Of a DNA stretch of 64,000 nt, positions 12,245 to 25,380 are shown one piece after another. This DNA is from Lama glama. Lineage: Eukaryota. The notes below the pieces were generated by a model, which was not told the DNA's origin, searched no databases, and worked only from the letters and a program-made list of their open reading frames with translations. The first letter of the stretch is position 1. Every line of letters begins with the position of its first letter. Made by a program: the position numbers and the translations under genes. Location: NCBI GenBank assembly GCA_028534125.1, contig CM052816.1, positions 60,824,001-60,888,000 on the forward strand, in the 5' to 3' direction.

Positions 12245-14589
12245 CGCTGGGTAGCTCCTGCCATGTATACTGTCATATCTGTGTCAAGAAGAGATGCTAC
12301 ATAAGAAATGCCAACTAGACTCAGAATTGGGAAAGACATTACTTGAAGATGCTTAAATGCAGGAGGTGGGGGGAAGAAGGGGCAGGGGAGAGCAGCAGCG
12401 GGAGAGGCGGTGGACAACTCGGAGATGAGAGGGGGTGAACGTCCAGCACCAGAGAGTCACTTGAGCTGGGGCCAGACACCCATGACAGACGACGACCAAG
12501 CTGCCCACTCCAGAACCATGGTCCAGATCTCCAGGAATTCTGACTGCACACCTGCTGAGATATTTGCCATCCCCTACTTCCAGTTACCTTCACTGTTCAT
12601 CCCCACTCTGGAGCATGGCTTTGACCCTCAAACCTGGGGAAGCCCAGTTAATACGCAGGGGCCCAGAAGAGCAAGGCTGTGAAGCAAACCAGATCACTCT
12701 AGTCAACTGTCACAGCCGGGAGGAAGTAGGAGCCAAGGAGGCTGTGGATACTGATGATGGTTCCAATGAATGAGGGAGGCAGGGGTCAAAAGTGAAGATG
12801 CAGGAGGGAGGTTCCTGAGTCTAGAGTGAAATACAAAGAAGAGATTTGAAGCATTAGCCCCAAGGAAGACTTCAACAGCCACAACCAAGTAGTTACACAA
12901 CGTGATAACCCCTCTCAGAAAGCTCATATCTGATGAGCTCTTTGAAAGCCTTGGGTGAACTTTCTCCTGGCTTGGTTAGGTGACCCTCCTGGGTGATCCT
13001 CTGGCATCCTATTCTTAATCCTCTCACAACACCTACCAGACTGCAGTGTCCTTGTCGATTTGCTCCCCTCTCTCTTATAAGGATAGAGGCTATGTCTTAC
13101 CATCTGAGTATTTCTAATACCCAGTGGAGGGAAGAGGTGGAGACAGGGGGAGAGAGAAAGAGAGAGAGAGGGAGAGAACAGGGAGGGAAGGAGACGTAGG
13201 GAAGGAGGAAGAAGGGGGTTGAGAGAGGGAGAAGGAAAGAGAGAAAGAGAGATTAAGTGAACTTGAACTGAGCTGGCAAAGCTCCACCACAGCCAAATCA
13301 CCTGGAGATCCCAAGGGGTGTGTTATCACAAGGTTTCAACTGCATTTCCAAAGTTAGCTCATGCTTGCTGATGCTTTGGGGGTAACTTACGGTGCAAGCA
13401 GGGTGCCTCTGCCAAATTCAATTTCACCCCCTCGCTACATCAGCAAGACACTTCTCTTTCCATGAAGCCCCACCCTCCTTCTTCTTTAGAGCCATTGTCT
13501 GCTTGACATGAAAAATGTCCTGTAGAAAATGTAATCACTAATTACATCAATGAAAAAAATCCAGCTCTCAGATGTGGAATGATTAACCAGAGGAAAACAA
13601 TTCTTCAATAATAAATTTCCAGTCCTTTATTTTCAGCTAGAGTTGGTTTTCTGCCTGTGCAGAGGGTTTTCCTGGAGTCCCTTAATGCTTTTACCCACTG
13701 TCAATTCACAGTAAAAGCCCTCTAGCAGAGTTGGCGCTCTGGATTAGAAAAGTCTGAACTGCACGTCCCCTAATTGAATCACTCACCTTGGTTTCTCTTC
13801 TAAGGAAGTACAAATGTCATTTGCTTTAAGTTTCTGAATTTTCTTGATTTCTAAACTTCCCCTGGATTTTCCTCACACCCTGCCCTCCCATCTTATCTCT
13901 GCCTTCCCAGTTGCCCAGCCATTCTCAGGCCCTTCCTCACCTGCAGATCAGTCATGATGGGCCAGGCCCTGCGCGTCCTGCCTTGCACGGTCAGAGGTGG
14001 GAAGTGAGTGTGGCAGGATAGCACCCTGCCAGGTTTCAGAGGACCCCTCCATCTCTCCCAGAGAACATCCTCCAGTGCTCATATCTCTCTGCCCCCCAGA
14101 CAGGTATGGAGCCCCTCCTGGGAGCCCTGCCTTGTGCGAAGGCTGAGATGGGGGCCAAGACTAATCAGACGTAGGCGGTCGAGCCCCTGGGTCTCCACCT
14201 GGCAAGTGCCCTTCCCTTCAAGTCCCAGCACCAAGGTCACCTCCTCTGTGAAGGCGTTCCTGAATCAGACCTCCCTCTCTGGCCCCACAGACCCCTGTTC
14301 ATGTTTCTGTTTCAATACTTAACCTCGGTTAGGACTTAAGGGAAATAAATTACACCCTGCCCTCTGATTTGGAATCAGCTGAGAAAGATACGCATGAGTT
14401 GAAGAGATGGGGCTCATGATGTTAGCTTCCTTACATAGATGAGGCTGGTGGGAGAAAACACTGGGCCTGCAGCCAGACGAGTTCCCAGGATACCACACAC
14501 CCCCATACACACACCCACCAACAGCCTGACTTGTCCCCTTGGCCACACTGAGCAGCTGGAGGACTTAAGACCTCTCCCAACCAAGCATG

Positions 14590-15480
14590 AATCTGAACCT
14601 CAAATCTGCCGCTTGTTCGCTAAGTGATGCTGGGCCAGTTACTTAAATTCTCTACGTCTCTGTTCCCTGAGCTACATAATGGGGTCCTGGCTCGTGGAGA
14701 GCACTGAGTGATCAAGGATTCGTGAAGCTCCCAGCTCAGCACAGAGTCAGGGCTGGTAACTGCACAGACGCCTGTCCCTGTCTCGTCGCCCTGCATGATC
14801 CACTGGTCGTAACCCAGAACTCTTGGTGAGTAAGAACACAGGCCCTGGAGCCAGAGCCTGAGTACACACCCAGCCTCAGGTCACTCCGTGACCCAGGGCC
14901 AGTCACTCAACCTCTCTGTGCCTCAGTTGTGTTACCAGTAAAAGGGTCATTCGCAGCGCCTGCCTCTCTGGTTGGTAGAGGACTGTTACGCAATATCGTG
15001 GGCAAAACACTTGGAACAGCTTGTCTCTATGTGGTTTGAGCTCAATATGTTAGGGTATAAACAGTTACACCACTTTTTTACACTCTGTTTAAGACTAGAG
15101 GAAAAGAGAGATGTTTGTGGACAGACTTCATCAATCAGCTAACATTGCATTTAGACCCTTACAGAGTAAACTTCCCTTATCAAAAACGAAGTTTTCCACC
15201 ATCACTTCGTTTCACTTCCAGCAAAGGACAACCTCACACTGATCACCAGCAGCCTGTGAAGGTCTTCGTGACCGAGGCCAGGTGAGAGTATGGTTAGGAC
15301 CAGGCAGACCTGCTCAGACTGCCTGGGGACCCAGTTCTGGCCCTGCTCTTCCTGGATGCACAAACTCGAGCAAGTTTTTGAACTTCCCTTTGCCTTGGTT
15401 TCCTCTACCTGTAAAATGGAAATTATTAAGCCCACAGCACCTGGCACATCGTGCTTAAAAAATGCTGTCAATTATTGCTA
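14590..15480 (+). mobile_element. Three MIR fragments (about 14590-14760, 14825-15060, 15290-15480)
   Basis: Repeated MIR cores such as aacctctctgtgcctcagtt and ttcctctacctgtaaaatgga. Confidence 0.7.
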
Positions 15481-16509
15481 CTGGGAGCTTAGTTAACTGC
15501 CGTTGATTTCATCCGGGTTGTTCTCATTGTCCACGTTTTACAAACAAGGGAATCAAGACAGCCAGTCTTGGCTGGAGTCGTGGCTGAACTCCAGCCTTCA
15601 GTTTTACTGCTTGTTCCATTAAATTCCACTCTGAATGGGAGAATGATTTTTGGTGTGTAGGGACCACTCCTGTGTCAGTTTATTTTCCCCTGCTGCATTT
15701 TAGAAACAAGGAGGTCAGTATTCCTCGCCAACTCACCTACATTTCAGACTCAGTAGACTCCTTTCGGTTTCCTCCAAGAAAATAAAAACGCAGGGCTCAA
15801 AACAGAACAGCACATTGCAAAATTTCCCCAACAAAGAGGGTCTAATTGTGGAAAATAGGACCAGGCCTTCAAATTGGCACCCACTCGACCTAGAGACAAA
15901 CCAGTGATGCCACCACATCCCTGCCCCACACTGGCCCTTTCGAACACAGCTAGAGATGAGAACAGGGAGAAGAGAAGGCGGCAAGATCCCAGCATTTTAT
16001 TACAGTAATCAGAGCACATGACCAGTGTTCACAGAGCAGCTTACACCCTAAATCCCAACAGGAACTCCTGCCAGGAAAATACATGTCTTTCCTCCTCCAC
16101 AGCCTAGAATCTCCTGATCTATCTGGGCTGCTTCTGGAGCTTGAAATAAAGTTCAGATCCATTGCCTTGTAAGGAGAAAAGGGGGGGTTTTGTGTTTCAA
16201 TCACAGTAACTTTTCATCCCTCTATCTGAACACAAACAACCTCCAGAATCAACATGTCCTTCCAGCTGACAATCGAGCGTCAAACCTGGGACGCCACTCA
16301 CTCCCCGGGAGCTCAGGGTGGAGTCGTCAGCCCTGGCAGCTCTCACATCCTCCTTTCCAGAGCCTACGAAAACCCACCTTGATGAAGCCAATTCCCCCAT
16401 CAGCCAAGTATGGATTTGAGGCCAAGCAGGACTGATGCCTCCTTCAGAGCTCAGAGGAATTGTTTTAGCTGCAAATTCTGAGGGATTCACAGAAGCTAGA
16501 GACAGCACA

Positions 16510-16755
16510 GTAATGATAAAAGCCATTTACAGTGCACTTCCTTAAGCAGCAGGAGGCATGCTAAGTGCTTTATAGACATTATCTAATTTACACCCAATCT
16601 CGACCTATGAAGTAGTTTCACATCCATGTCTGAGAAAATTCAGGCTTATCGAGCAAAAGTCACTTGCCCAAGGCGGCCCAACTAGCAAATGGTGAGGCAG
16701 CGATCTGAACAAGGGTCTGCTCTGCCTCCAAAGCCCGTGGCTTACCCACTCTATG
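16510..16755 (-). mobile_element. MIR SINE
   Basis: gctaagtgctttatagacattatctaattt...cacttgcccaagg...tctgctctgcctccaaagccc. Confidence 0.8.
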
Positions 16756-17812
16756 TTAATTCCTAAGACATGACATCCGCCAAAGATGTTACATACTCTC
16801 AGCAGAAGATAGCTGGAGAAGCATTCGTTCAACAGACAGGTTATCAAGCACCTGCAGTATGTCAGACACAAGGCTAGATCCAGGGAATACAAAGGTGAAC
16901 AGAAGGCTTAGAGCCTCCTAAAGACAGACAGCGAAGTAACAGTCACTCGACAGTGCATCCTGTGGAAATAGACAACTGAACCCTCAAACACTTTTCAGGA
17001 AATCTGGGAATAAAAGGGCCTGGTGCTGACTTTCCACCTGGCGCTCTGGAACACTGGCCAACCATGCAGATGAATCCACAGAAGACCAATCGCTGTTCAA
17101 GGTGTCCAGGTCATCGGGACGGGAGTCAACCTTCCAGGGTTCTGTAGATCCCAGCAACCATAGGGAGAGCAAACTAATTCTCCCAGGTTCCAGGGATAGA
17201 CTTGATGAGTGCTGTGGCCCTGAGGATGAGATGCGGCTAGAGATGGCAGCACGGTCCTGCAGTGTGGGTGCAGGCTGCTTCAGCAAATTCCAGTGGAAGG
17301 TCTTCACCAGAAGCCAACAGTCAAGACCAGACAGCACTACAGAATATGGATGGCAGCCCAGAGTGACCACCAATCCTGCATTTTCAGTGCCGTTTCACCG
17401 TGAATTCCCCCAAAAAGGAACACTCTTGCCTTGCCAAGGAGAGGGAGGGAAGGAGGGAGGGAGAAATACTTGAATCTGATTGAGCTTCAACTCAAGTAAA
17501 CTGAGAAATCACTGAATCTCACTGAGTTGACCTGGGCGTGACTAGACTGAGCTTCCTGCATCAGTTGCCATGGTGACTGCAGGTGGAAATTCAGAAGAGC
17601 TAAAGGAAAATTTTAAAAGCTACACTTCTGCACATGAGAAGTGTGAATCCACCTCTGTGGGCTATAGCAGTAGTTGGAGTGAGTGTTGATGACAGCCTGG
17701 ATTAGAGGTGAAGACGAGCTGGGGAGAAGTGGGTGGCTTTAAGTCATATTTTAGACTTAAAGAGGCAGTGCTTGGCGGACACCGTGATGGGTTGGATTTC
17801 AAAGAGATGGGT

Positions 17813-18235
17813 GTTATAGGTTGAACTGTGATCCCCAAAACATCATAGGCTGAAACCCTAAGCCCCAGTCCTTCAGAATGTGACTTTACCTGGAAATAGG
17901 GTCAGGGCAGCTGTAATTAGTTACAATGAGGTGGGCCCCTAATCCAATACAATTAGTGTCTTTATAAGACAGCTTTGTGAAGACAGAGACACAGGAAGAA
18001 GCCCACTGAACATGAAGGCAGAGATTGAGGTGAAACACCTACAAGCCAACAAACACCAAACATTGCTGGCAAAGCCCCTGAGCTAGGAGAAAGGTCCAGG
18101 ACAGAATCTCTCCCACAGCCCCCACAAGGCACCAACCCAATGGACACCTTGATCTTGGGCTTTTAGGCTCTAGAACTACAGGATGAATTTCTGTTATCGA
18201 AGCCACCCACTGTGGCAGCCCTAGCAAACTAACAC
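17813..18235 (+). mobile_element. MaLR solo LTR (MLT1B/C-like)
   Basis: tgttataggttgaactgtg...cagaatgtgacttta..tggaaatagggtc...cctaatccaat...gacaccttgatcttgg...gcagccctagcaaactaaca. Confidence 0.9.
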
Positions 18236-18718
18236 GAGAAGGCACATTTTTATTCGTTCATGACACATGTCCTAAGTACCTTGCAGGTGCGAGGTAAAGC
18301 GGAAGGTGCTCTGAGGGATATAAAGCTCGACACTGCCTGTGACAGTTATTCTCATCCCCAGGAGCCACAGTCTCATAAATGCGTCTTCAGGCACAAGAGG
18401 CTGCTGGAGGGAATCCCTGGTTCTCTCAACAAGGCTCCTTCTGGAGGCCTGAGTTCTTCCCAGCTACTGAAGGTGGAAGCCTCACGGCCACATAAACCCA
18501 CTAAGTCTCACAGTCCTGTAGCCTGCTCCTTGTCCAAGATGCAAGTCCCTCTGATTGTCTATCTCATCTACCAACCATAGGCTTCATTTCTCCTGACCCG
18601 ATCTCCTTGCGTAAGACCGACTCCTAAGCTTTCCTAGAACACATACTCTGTGAAAAACGAATCCTCCAAGCCTCACTCTTTTCACAAAATACACACTGGC
18701 TCTTGTTTGAACTGAAAC

Positions 18719-19142
18719 TGAGACAGGAGGGAAGGGGACAGGCACAACCACTGAGGGAATGACACAGCAATTGAGGATAGGACTAACTGGTTAGAACTAA
18801 GATGGAAGAAGATTTGACTTCCAGTAGACCTCAAACCTCATGGCATACCCACGGGCACCATGACAGTTCCAAGGCTGACCATAAAAGGCCAAAAAATGGG
18901 CATGGATCCAATTCCTGGAAATCCCTGCCTCTTTCCCAAAATAGTTGATTAGCATATGAAATTACTGAGCACATAAAAACTAACAACGTGGCACCTCGTG
19001 GTCCCTCTCTCTCTTGCCTTCTGAGCTAACCCATAGTCTGTCTGTGGAGTGTATATCTCCCTGAATAAACTTACTTTCACTTTACTGTGCCTCACTCTTG
19101 AAGTCTTCCCTGTGGAAGACAAGAACCTAATGTCCAGTAACA
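18719..19142 (+). mobile_element. ERV1 solo LTR, MER41-like
   Basis: TG...CA ends (tgagacagg...gtaaca) and a near-perfect 4-bp TSD (aaac/aaat). It has aataaacttactttcacttta...caagaacc and ccatgacagtt, as in MER41-class LTRs. Confidence 0.8.
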
Positions 19143-19843
19143 AAATGTAACTCTGACCTAAGGACTCCTGTCTCTTTTTCCACTGGATTTTCTCCTTCCC
19201 CTACACCCTGGCACTTCAAGGTATAAGTCTGTTCAAGGAATCCTATTTCCCTGACAGAAAAGTAGGCCCTATTCTTTAACTCCTTCTCTCACTCTCTTCT
19301 GGAAGCCAATGGCACCATATTCTGCAAGTGCTCCACTCTTCACCTCTGCTCTTATAACCTCATCTCCAGGAGTGGAGAAAGCTTGTTGGCCCACATTCTT
19401 TGCCCTTTGGTTAGTCCAAGATCTTAGCTCACAAATGTTCAAAACATCTTTTTCTCTCAAGACCTTGACACTGTCTTGGTGCTCAAGATCTCATGGTGAC
19501 ACTCCACAGCAGACCCATGGCAACTCCTTTCTCTTTGCATTCCTGATGTAATGTCCTAATCACCCAATGCAATGGAAGCCTCTGAGGAACATCTGCATGT
19601 TCCATTTTGAGAAGAATGCATCCTCAAAAAAGAATGTCTTCTCTAGTTTTCTGCCCCAGCTCCCTGCTATAGACAATGAGATGGGGGTACAGGGGGAGGT
19701 GACAAGGAAAGAGCATAAGAAGCTATTCAAAGCTACATGAGAAGAAAATATAAAGAGAGAAAAATACTATTGGCCAGTTTTTCCTTATTATATCTGCCCC
19801 ATATTTCTCTTCCTCCCCAAGCCCACTACCCAAAGAGCTAACA

Positions 19844-20454
19844 AATAATCTGAAGAAAACTCTAATTCAAAAAGATACCTACATCTCAATGTTCATAGTA
19901 GCACCATTTACAATAGCCAAGACATGGAAGCAACTTGAGTGTCCATCAACAGATGACTGAATAAAGAAGATGAGGTATATATATACAATGGAATACTACT
20001 CAGCCATAGAAAATAATAAAATTTTACCATTTGCAGCAACGTGGATGGACCTAGAGATGACCATACTAAGTGAAGCAGCCAGACAAAGACAAATATCATA
20101 TGATATCACTTATATGTGGAATCTAAAAAAAAAAAAAAGACACTAATGAACCCATTTACAAAACAGAAACAGACTCACAGACATAGAAAACAAAGGAGGG
20201 AAAGGGGGTGAGAAGGGATAAGTTAGGAGTTTGGGATTAACAGATACAAACTACTATATATAAAATAGATAAATGACAAGGTCCTAATGGGACAGGCAAC
20301 TATATTCAATAACTTGTAATAACCTATAATGAAAAAGGAATCTGAAAAAGAATATATGTGTGTGTATAACTGAATCACTATGCTGTGCACCAGAAATGAA
20401 CACCATACTTCAAATGAATCAACCATACTTCAACTAAATAAATAAACAAACAAA
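19844..20454 (+). mobile_element. 5'-truncated L1 (ORF2 end plus artiodactyl-type 3' UTR)
   Basis: caatagccaagacatggaagcaac...aatggaatactactcagccat and aaaacagaaacagactcacagacatagaa. Diverged TSD cactacccaaagagctaaca (19824-19843) / cactgccaaagagccaaca (20455-20473). Confidence 0.92.
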
Positions 20455-21039
20455 CACTGCCAAAGAGCCAACAGCATTCATTCATGGCTCTGAGTGGCAA
20501 GTATGTACACATACGACAGTGAAAGTAGGAGACAGAATTCAACTGAGTTTCTAAGTAGATATTCTTTATTTCATGTTTGAGCTGGTGGTCTCAATAGCCA
20601 AGGCATTTTTGATTTGCAAGAAACTGACAAGAGTGAGAAAAGATGATGAAAGTCCAAGAGGGACTATTCATCTCAGGAGAGCCACTAGGTAGAGAGGCTG
20701 ATGAGGCCCGTGAAGCAGAATCCAGCTCCTCAGGGCTGGGAGGATGTGTAAATGAACCCCAGAACTTAAAGCATCTCCAGGGGAAAGAGACAGAGAAAGA
20801 AGAGGGGAAACATCCTTAAGAGACAAAGCAAACAGTAAAGTAACAGAGTTTATCTTGAATTGTCTACAGTCTAGACTCTAGGCATAGTGTCCATTACCCA
20901 GAAGGATGGGGGCTTGTTATAGAAAGCTAAACTGTTACAGAAAAAAATTTTTTTTTGAAAAAGAGATTTTAAGTTACATTTCTGCAGCGTGCTTGAGGTT
21001 TGACTCAGACCCACATACCTACTAACAGGTAGAGCATCC

Positions 21040-21660
21040 CCCAGTTCCATGCTTGCAACTCACTGCTCACAGCAGATTCCCTACCCACTGCCTCTCCTGT
21101 CCTTCAGTGACCGCTTATTGAACTTGAAATAAAATCCTGATTCTTTACCATGACTTCAGAAAGTGAGTCCGATATGTTCGCTACCTTTCTGCAGCATCTG
21201 GTCTCTGTCTTCCTCTCCATCTGAGCTTCATGCCCCTCCCACCTTGGCTCACAGTCTCCACCCACCATAGCCTTCTTTCAATTCTCAGGCTTGCGGAACC
21301 CCGCCCCACCTTGTGCTTTTCAACCCTCTGTCCCAAGGCTGCTCGCACACCCGTCCCAGGGCTTCTCATCCCTCAGACAGACTGACTGGCATGGATGGCA
21401 CTTCTTCACAGAAACCTCTTTGACTCCCAGGAGGGCCCATGTCTTCCCCTACTCTCCCACTTCTCTGTCTCAACACTGAGAGAACTTCCTGCACGGACTC
21501 CCCCTGCCTCTCATTGTTCCATTTGTTTGCTGTTACTGTTGTCTTAGTTCGTATATAAACTCCATGAAGGTAAAAACTGCATCACTCTGGTTTAATCTTT
21601 ATTTCCAAGGACGAGCCCAGTGCCCGGCACTCACTAAGTATCTGTTAAATGAAGGAATGT
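21040..21660 (+). mobile_element. L2 LINE 3' region
   Basis: aaaatcctgattctttaccatgac...taaactccatgaagg...cagtgcccggcac...tgttaaatgaa is the L2 tail. Confidence 0.75.
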
Positions 21661-22079
21661 GCGAACCCCAGCTTATTGCCGAGGTAACTTCTTCGATGGA
21701 GCAAGAAGAGTGAAGTTTTCTCTGTTGATGTGGGTAATGCCTCCACACCAGCTGTTTACAGTACCCGAGGGAGCATTTTGCCTTAACAAGCCCAAGAATT
21801 TACATCGCCAAGAAACACATGTGGTTACTAGTGACATTAAACTACTGGTGAGCAACCCTTTCTGCTTCAGAGCCAACTCAGGAAAAATACAAATGTGTAT
21901 GATCAGCATTTTAAAATTTAATATGAAGTTAACTTTACTGAATCCTATGGGGAGGGGGCAGTGGTGTGTATTTTCACCATTGCAATGTTGTACTTTATTG
22001 ATCAGACAAACATCAGTGGGTAATGGACATTACTTTTGAGCCACTCAAATGCTAATATGAACAGCAATTCACAGATGTC

Positions 22080-22935
22080 TGTGATATAATGAGAAATATA
22101 TATTTCGTCTTTGTCCCTGGTTCCTGACAAAGAGCTTCTAGAACCCTCAGACCTTCCTAAGTGGTAGGTAACAGTTTCTTTTGTTATTCATAGCAAGCCA
22201 CTTTCAACCCTACCTGAGTTTATGATAATGAGGTGATTCTTGATGGTTCCCTAGATAGCTTCAGGATGGGGGCTGGTTGCCAAAGAAACCAACCATGTGA
22301 TCAGGGGGTTGGAACTTTCAGCAGCAGTACCACCACCACCACCACCACCACCTCTGGGAAGGGGAGATTGTTGAAGGTGGCTGAAGATTGAAATCAGTCA
22401 CTAACGGCCAATGATTTAATAAATTATGCCTATGGAATGAAACCTCCATAAAAAACCCCTGTACAGTGGAGTTTGGGGAGTTTCCAGGTTGGTGAACACA
22501 TCAAGATGCTGGGAAGTTGTCGTGCCTAGACGGGGCGTGGAAGATCTGTGTCCCTTCCCCAAACCCTGACCAATGCAGCGCCTCCATTTGGCTGTTCCTG
22601 AGTTGCATCCTCTATACTAAACCAGTAATAGTAAGAAAGCACTTTCCTGAGATCTGTAAATCAATCTAGCAAATCATCAAACCTAAAGAGGGGATTGTGG
22701 GAACCCTGAATTCATAGCTGATTGGTCAGAAGCACCAGTGACAATCTCAGACTTGTGACTGGCATCTGAAGTGGGGGCAGTCTTATGGGACTAAGCCTTT
22801 AACTTATGGGATCTGATGCTAACTCCAGGTAGACAGTGTCAAAATGGAATGGAACTGTGGGACACCCAGCTAGTGTCAGAGGGTTGAAGTGGTGCTGGGA
22901 AAAGATACCATGCATTTGGTGTCAGAAGTATCGTA
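22080..22935 (+). mobile_element. MER21-type solo LTR
   Basis: tgtgatataatgagaaatatatatt...ggatgggggctggttgcc...ccatttggctgttcctgagttg...ggatctgatgctaactccaggtagacagtgtc...tttggtgtcagaagt. Confidence 0.9.
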
Positions 22936-24100
22936 AGAGTAGTTCAACATCCTATCTCTTGCCCCTTAAGTATAGATCAGACTTTAAAATAATGATCTTC
23001 AAAGTAAAAAAAACACACCCCAAGGGCACACAAGGTTATTCACTGGTTACAGGAAGAATATATTACAATTATTAGAATATATTATTTATGTCTCATCCAT
23101 TAAAAATACTACGTAAATATATAATAGAACTCGTGTGTCGTGTGTGTGTGTGTAGTGGGATGCACATTTAAAACTTCTGACTAATAGAAGGGCATGCTAA
23201 GAAAAACAGGGTGCTACTGATGTCACGTCCCCAAGTACATTAAAGTATTTCATCCTTGAAGCAACAGTATGAGAGTCACCATGATCCACACTTAACAGAT
23301 GGGAAAATTGAAGCTCAGAGGTGAACCGACTAGTTCAACATCGCACAGTGTTAGGATCACAGCTTGGGCTGGAATGTGTTCATGCCATTCCATCACATCT
23401 CCTGACTGACTATCTGTCCCCTGCTCTGTGGCAGGTGTTCGGGATAAGAAGATGAATAAGATATGCTATGCACAAACCCACAAAAAAACTTGGGCCTCCT
23501 CAGATTGGGCCACCCACTCCCACTCTGACTGTCTTCTCTCCGGTCAGGGTGTGGGGCCTAGAGCAGCACTGGCTACTGCAGTTTCCTGGGACCTTCCTCT
23601 CTGCTTCTCTCCTGGAACCATCTTCATGCAACTCAAGAATTGGGCATCCGTGGTTCTTCCTGAGGACTCTAAGGACATCCTAGATGGTGGCCAGGTCCCT
23701 CTGGGGCTCAGCAGCATGTTAGAACAGGCACTTGCATGGAGAAGGGTGAGTGGACTCAGAGGCTGGACACCTATGGGATAGGGTGGCTCCCTGCAAGGCC
23801 CCAGCAGGAGGCAAGAATAAGAATGAGATCACATGTCGGGGAGTCTGGGCTCACACTGCACAGAGAAGTCCATGGGTTGAGGGCAGAACAGCATCATGGG
23901 TATGTCTCAGGCAGGGACTCAGTCAGGAGGACCAAGGCTCATTGCAGGGCTCCTGTCCCCTGGAGTTGCCGGAGGAACTGATCAGGGATCTGTTTACTGG
24001 AATTGAGATAAAAGGCAGAAGCTTATTAATGAGGAATGAAGTGAGAACCCAGTTGCTAGAAGTGAAAACATGATTGCTGTGTGCTTGTCAGTAATGCTGG

Positions 24101-24425
24101 CTTAAAGATACAACTGAACTTATTTACAAAACAGAAACAGACTCACAGACATAGAAGACAAATGTACAGTTAACCAGCAGGGAAAGGGGGTGGGAAAGGA
24201 TAAATTGGGAGTTTGAAATTTGCAGATACTAACTACTATATATAAACAACGAGTTTATACTGTATAGCACAGGGGACTCTGTTCAGTATCTTGTAGCACC
24301 TATAATGAAAAAGAATATGGAAACGAATATATGTATGTATAAATATGACTGAAGCATTATGCTGTACACTAGAAGTTGATGCAACATTGTAAACTGACTA
24401 CATGTCAATAAAAAAGATAAATAAA
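24101..24425 (+). mobile_element. Short L1 3' UTR insertion
   Basis: gaacttatttacaaaacagaaacagactcacagac...caacattgtaaactgactac, A-rich tail, TSD taatgctgg (24092-24100 / 24426-24434). Confidence 0.92.
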
Positions 24426-25006
24426 TAATGCTGGTCCATTAAATCGTCAGCTACCTGTCTAAAGTAACTTTAAATTCCCCCAACTTAGTACAGGACTCTT
24501 TCAAGAGCTGATGAGAGACAGAAACTAGAAATAGTGAGTCATAAGTATATCACCTTTCTTCATTTATTAGACCAGCATCAACTGAGGGCTGCTATGTGTT
24601 GGTCGGTGGGCCAGATACGAGGTACGACCGTGAATGGGGCTCTGCTTCCACAGGGCTTCCTGTAGAGAAGGATGCAAACAGCTAGAACTGTGACAGAACA
24701 GACTGAGCACCGAGAGAGCATGTGGAAGTGGTCAGAGGGGTTTTTGTGCTTCTTCAATCAAGAGGCAAAGATGTAAGTATATCCAAGCAAACTTAAGAAT
24801 TGAAGCATATTCACTGATGGAAAGGAACCTGGAAGAAACAGCGGTAGAATATGAATAGGGATAACTAACGGTTTGAGGACCTTGAGGATTCAAGAAGGGA
24901 GTGAGATAGAGAGCCTTCTAACTTTATATGGTATTCTGTCTACCAGTTAGAATAATAGACACATCTCAAGTGCTAAGATAACGGGAATAATAGAAGATTA
25001 GGTGCC

Positions 25007-25380
25007 AATATCTTAATAAGGAACGACAGGCTTCTAGAAAGATTGTGACTTGACTGTACCACGCTGTCTAATGGAGAAGCTTGGCAACTGGAGTTGGATG
25101 AATGGTTTTTGAGTTCCAGTTCTACCACTTTCCCAGACAAGTGAGCTTGGGCAAATCATTTAACCTTGGGTTTGTCTGTTTGTTTTCCCCTGAGACCTCA
25201 AACTGACAGAATTCAGTTCATCACTATCCTTGATTCTTGACACATTCTCATCATTAATCCATCATATTGCAATGATTCATTCATACCTTTGCATACAGGT
25301 GATGTATTTTAAACTGCCATATGATAACTCATTATCAGAATGCAGATATGGATCACTGATGTTAAGTCCAAGTTAGCAGT
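25007..25380 (+). repeat. Local duplication copy B
   Basis: Aligns with 11871-12244. Confidence 0.9.

Noticed and set aside
12901..13330. gtgataac...gttatcac inverted ends suggesting one element
   Set aside because: No TSD, and the interior is an L2 tail plus a GA-rich low-complexity tract.
16984..17473. Overlapping 123-aa and 129-aa ORFs
   Set aside because: Non-ATG starts, no recognisable domain and no supporting splice structure.
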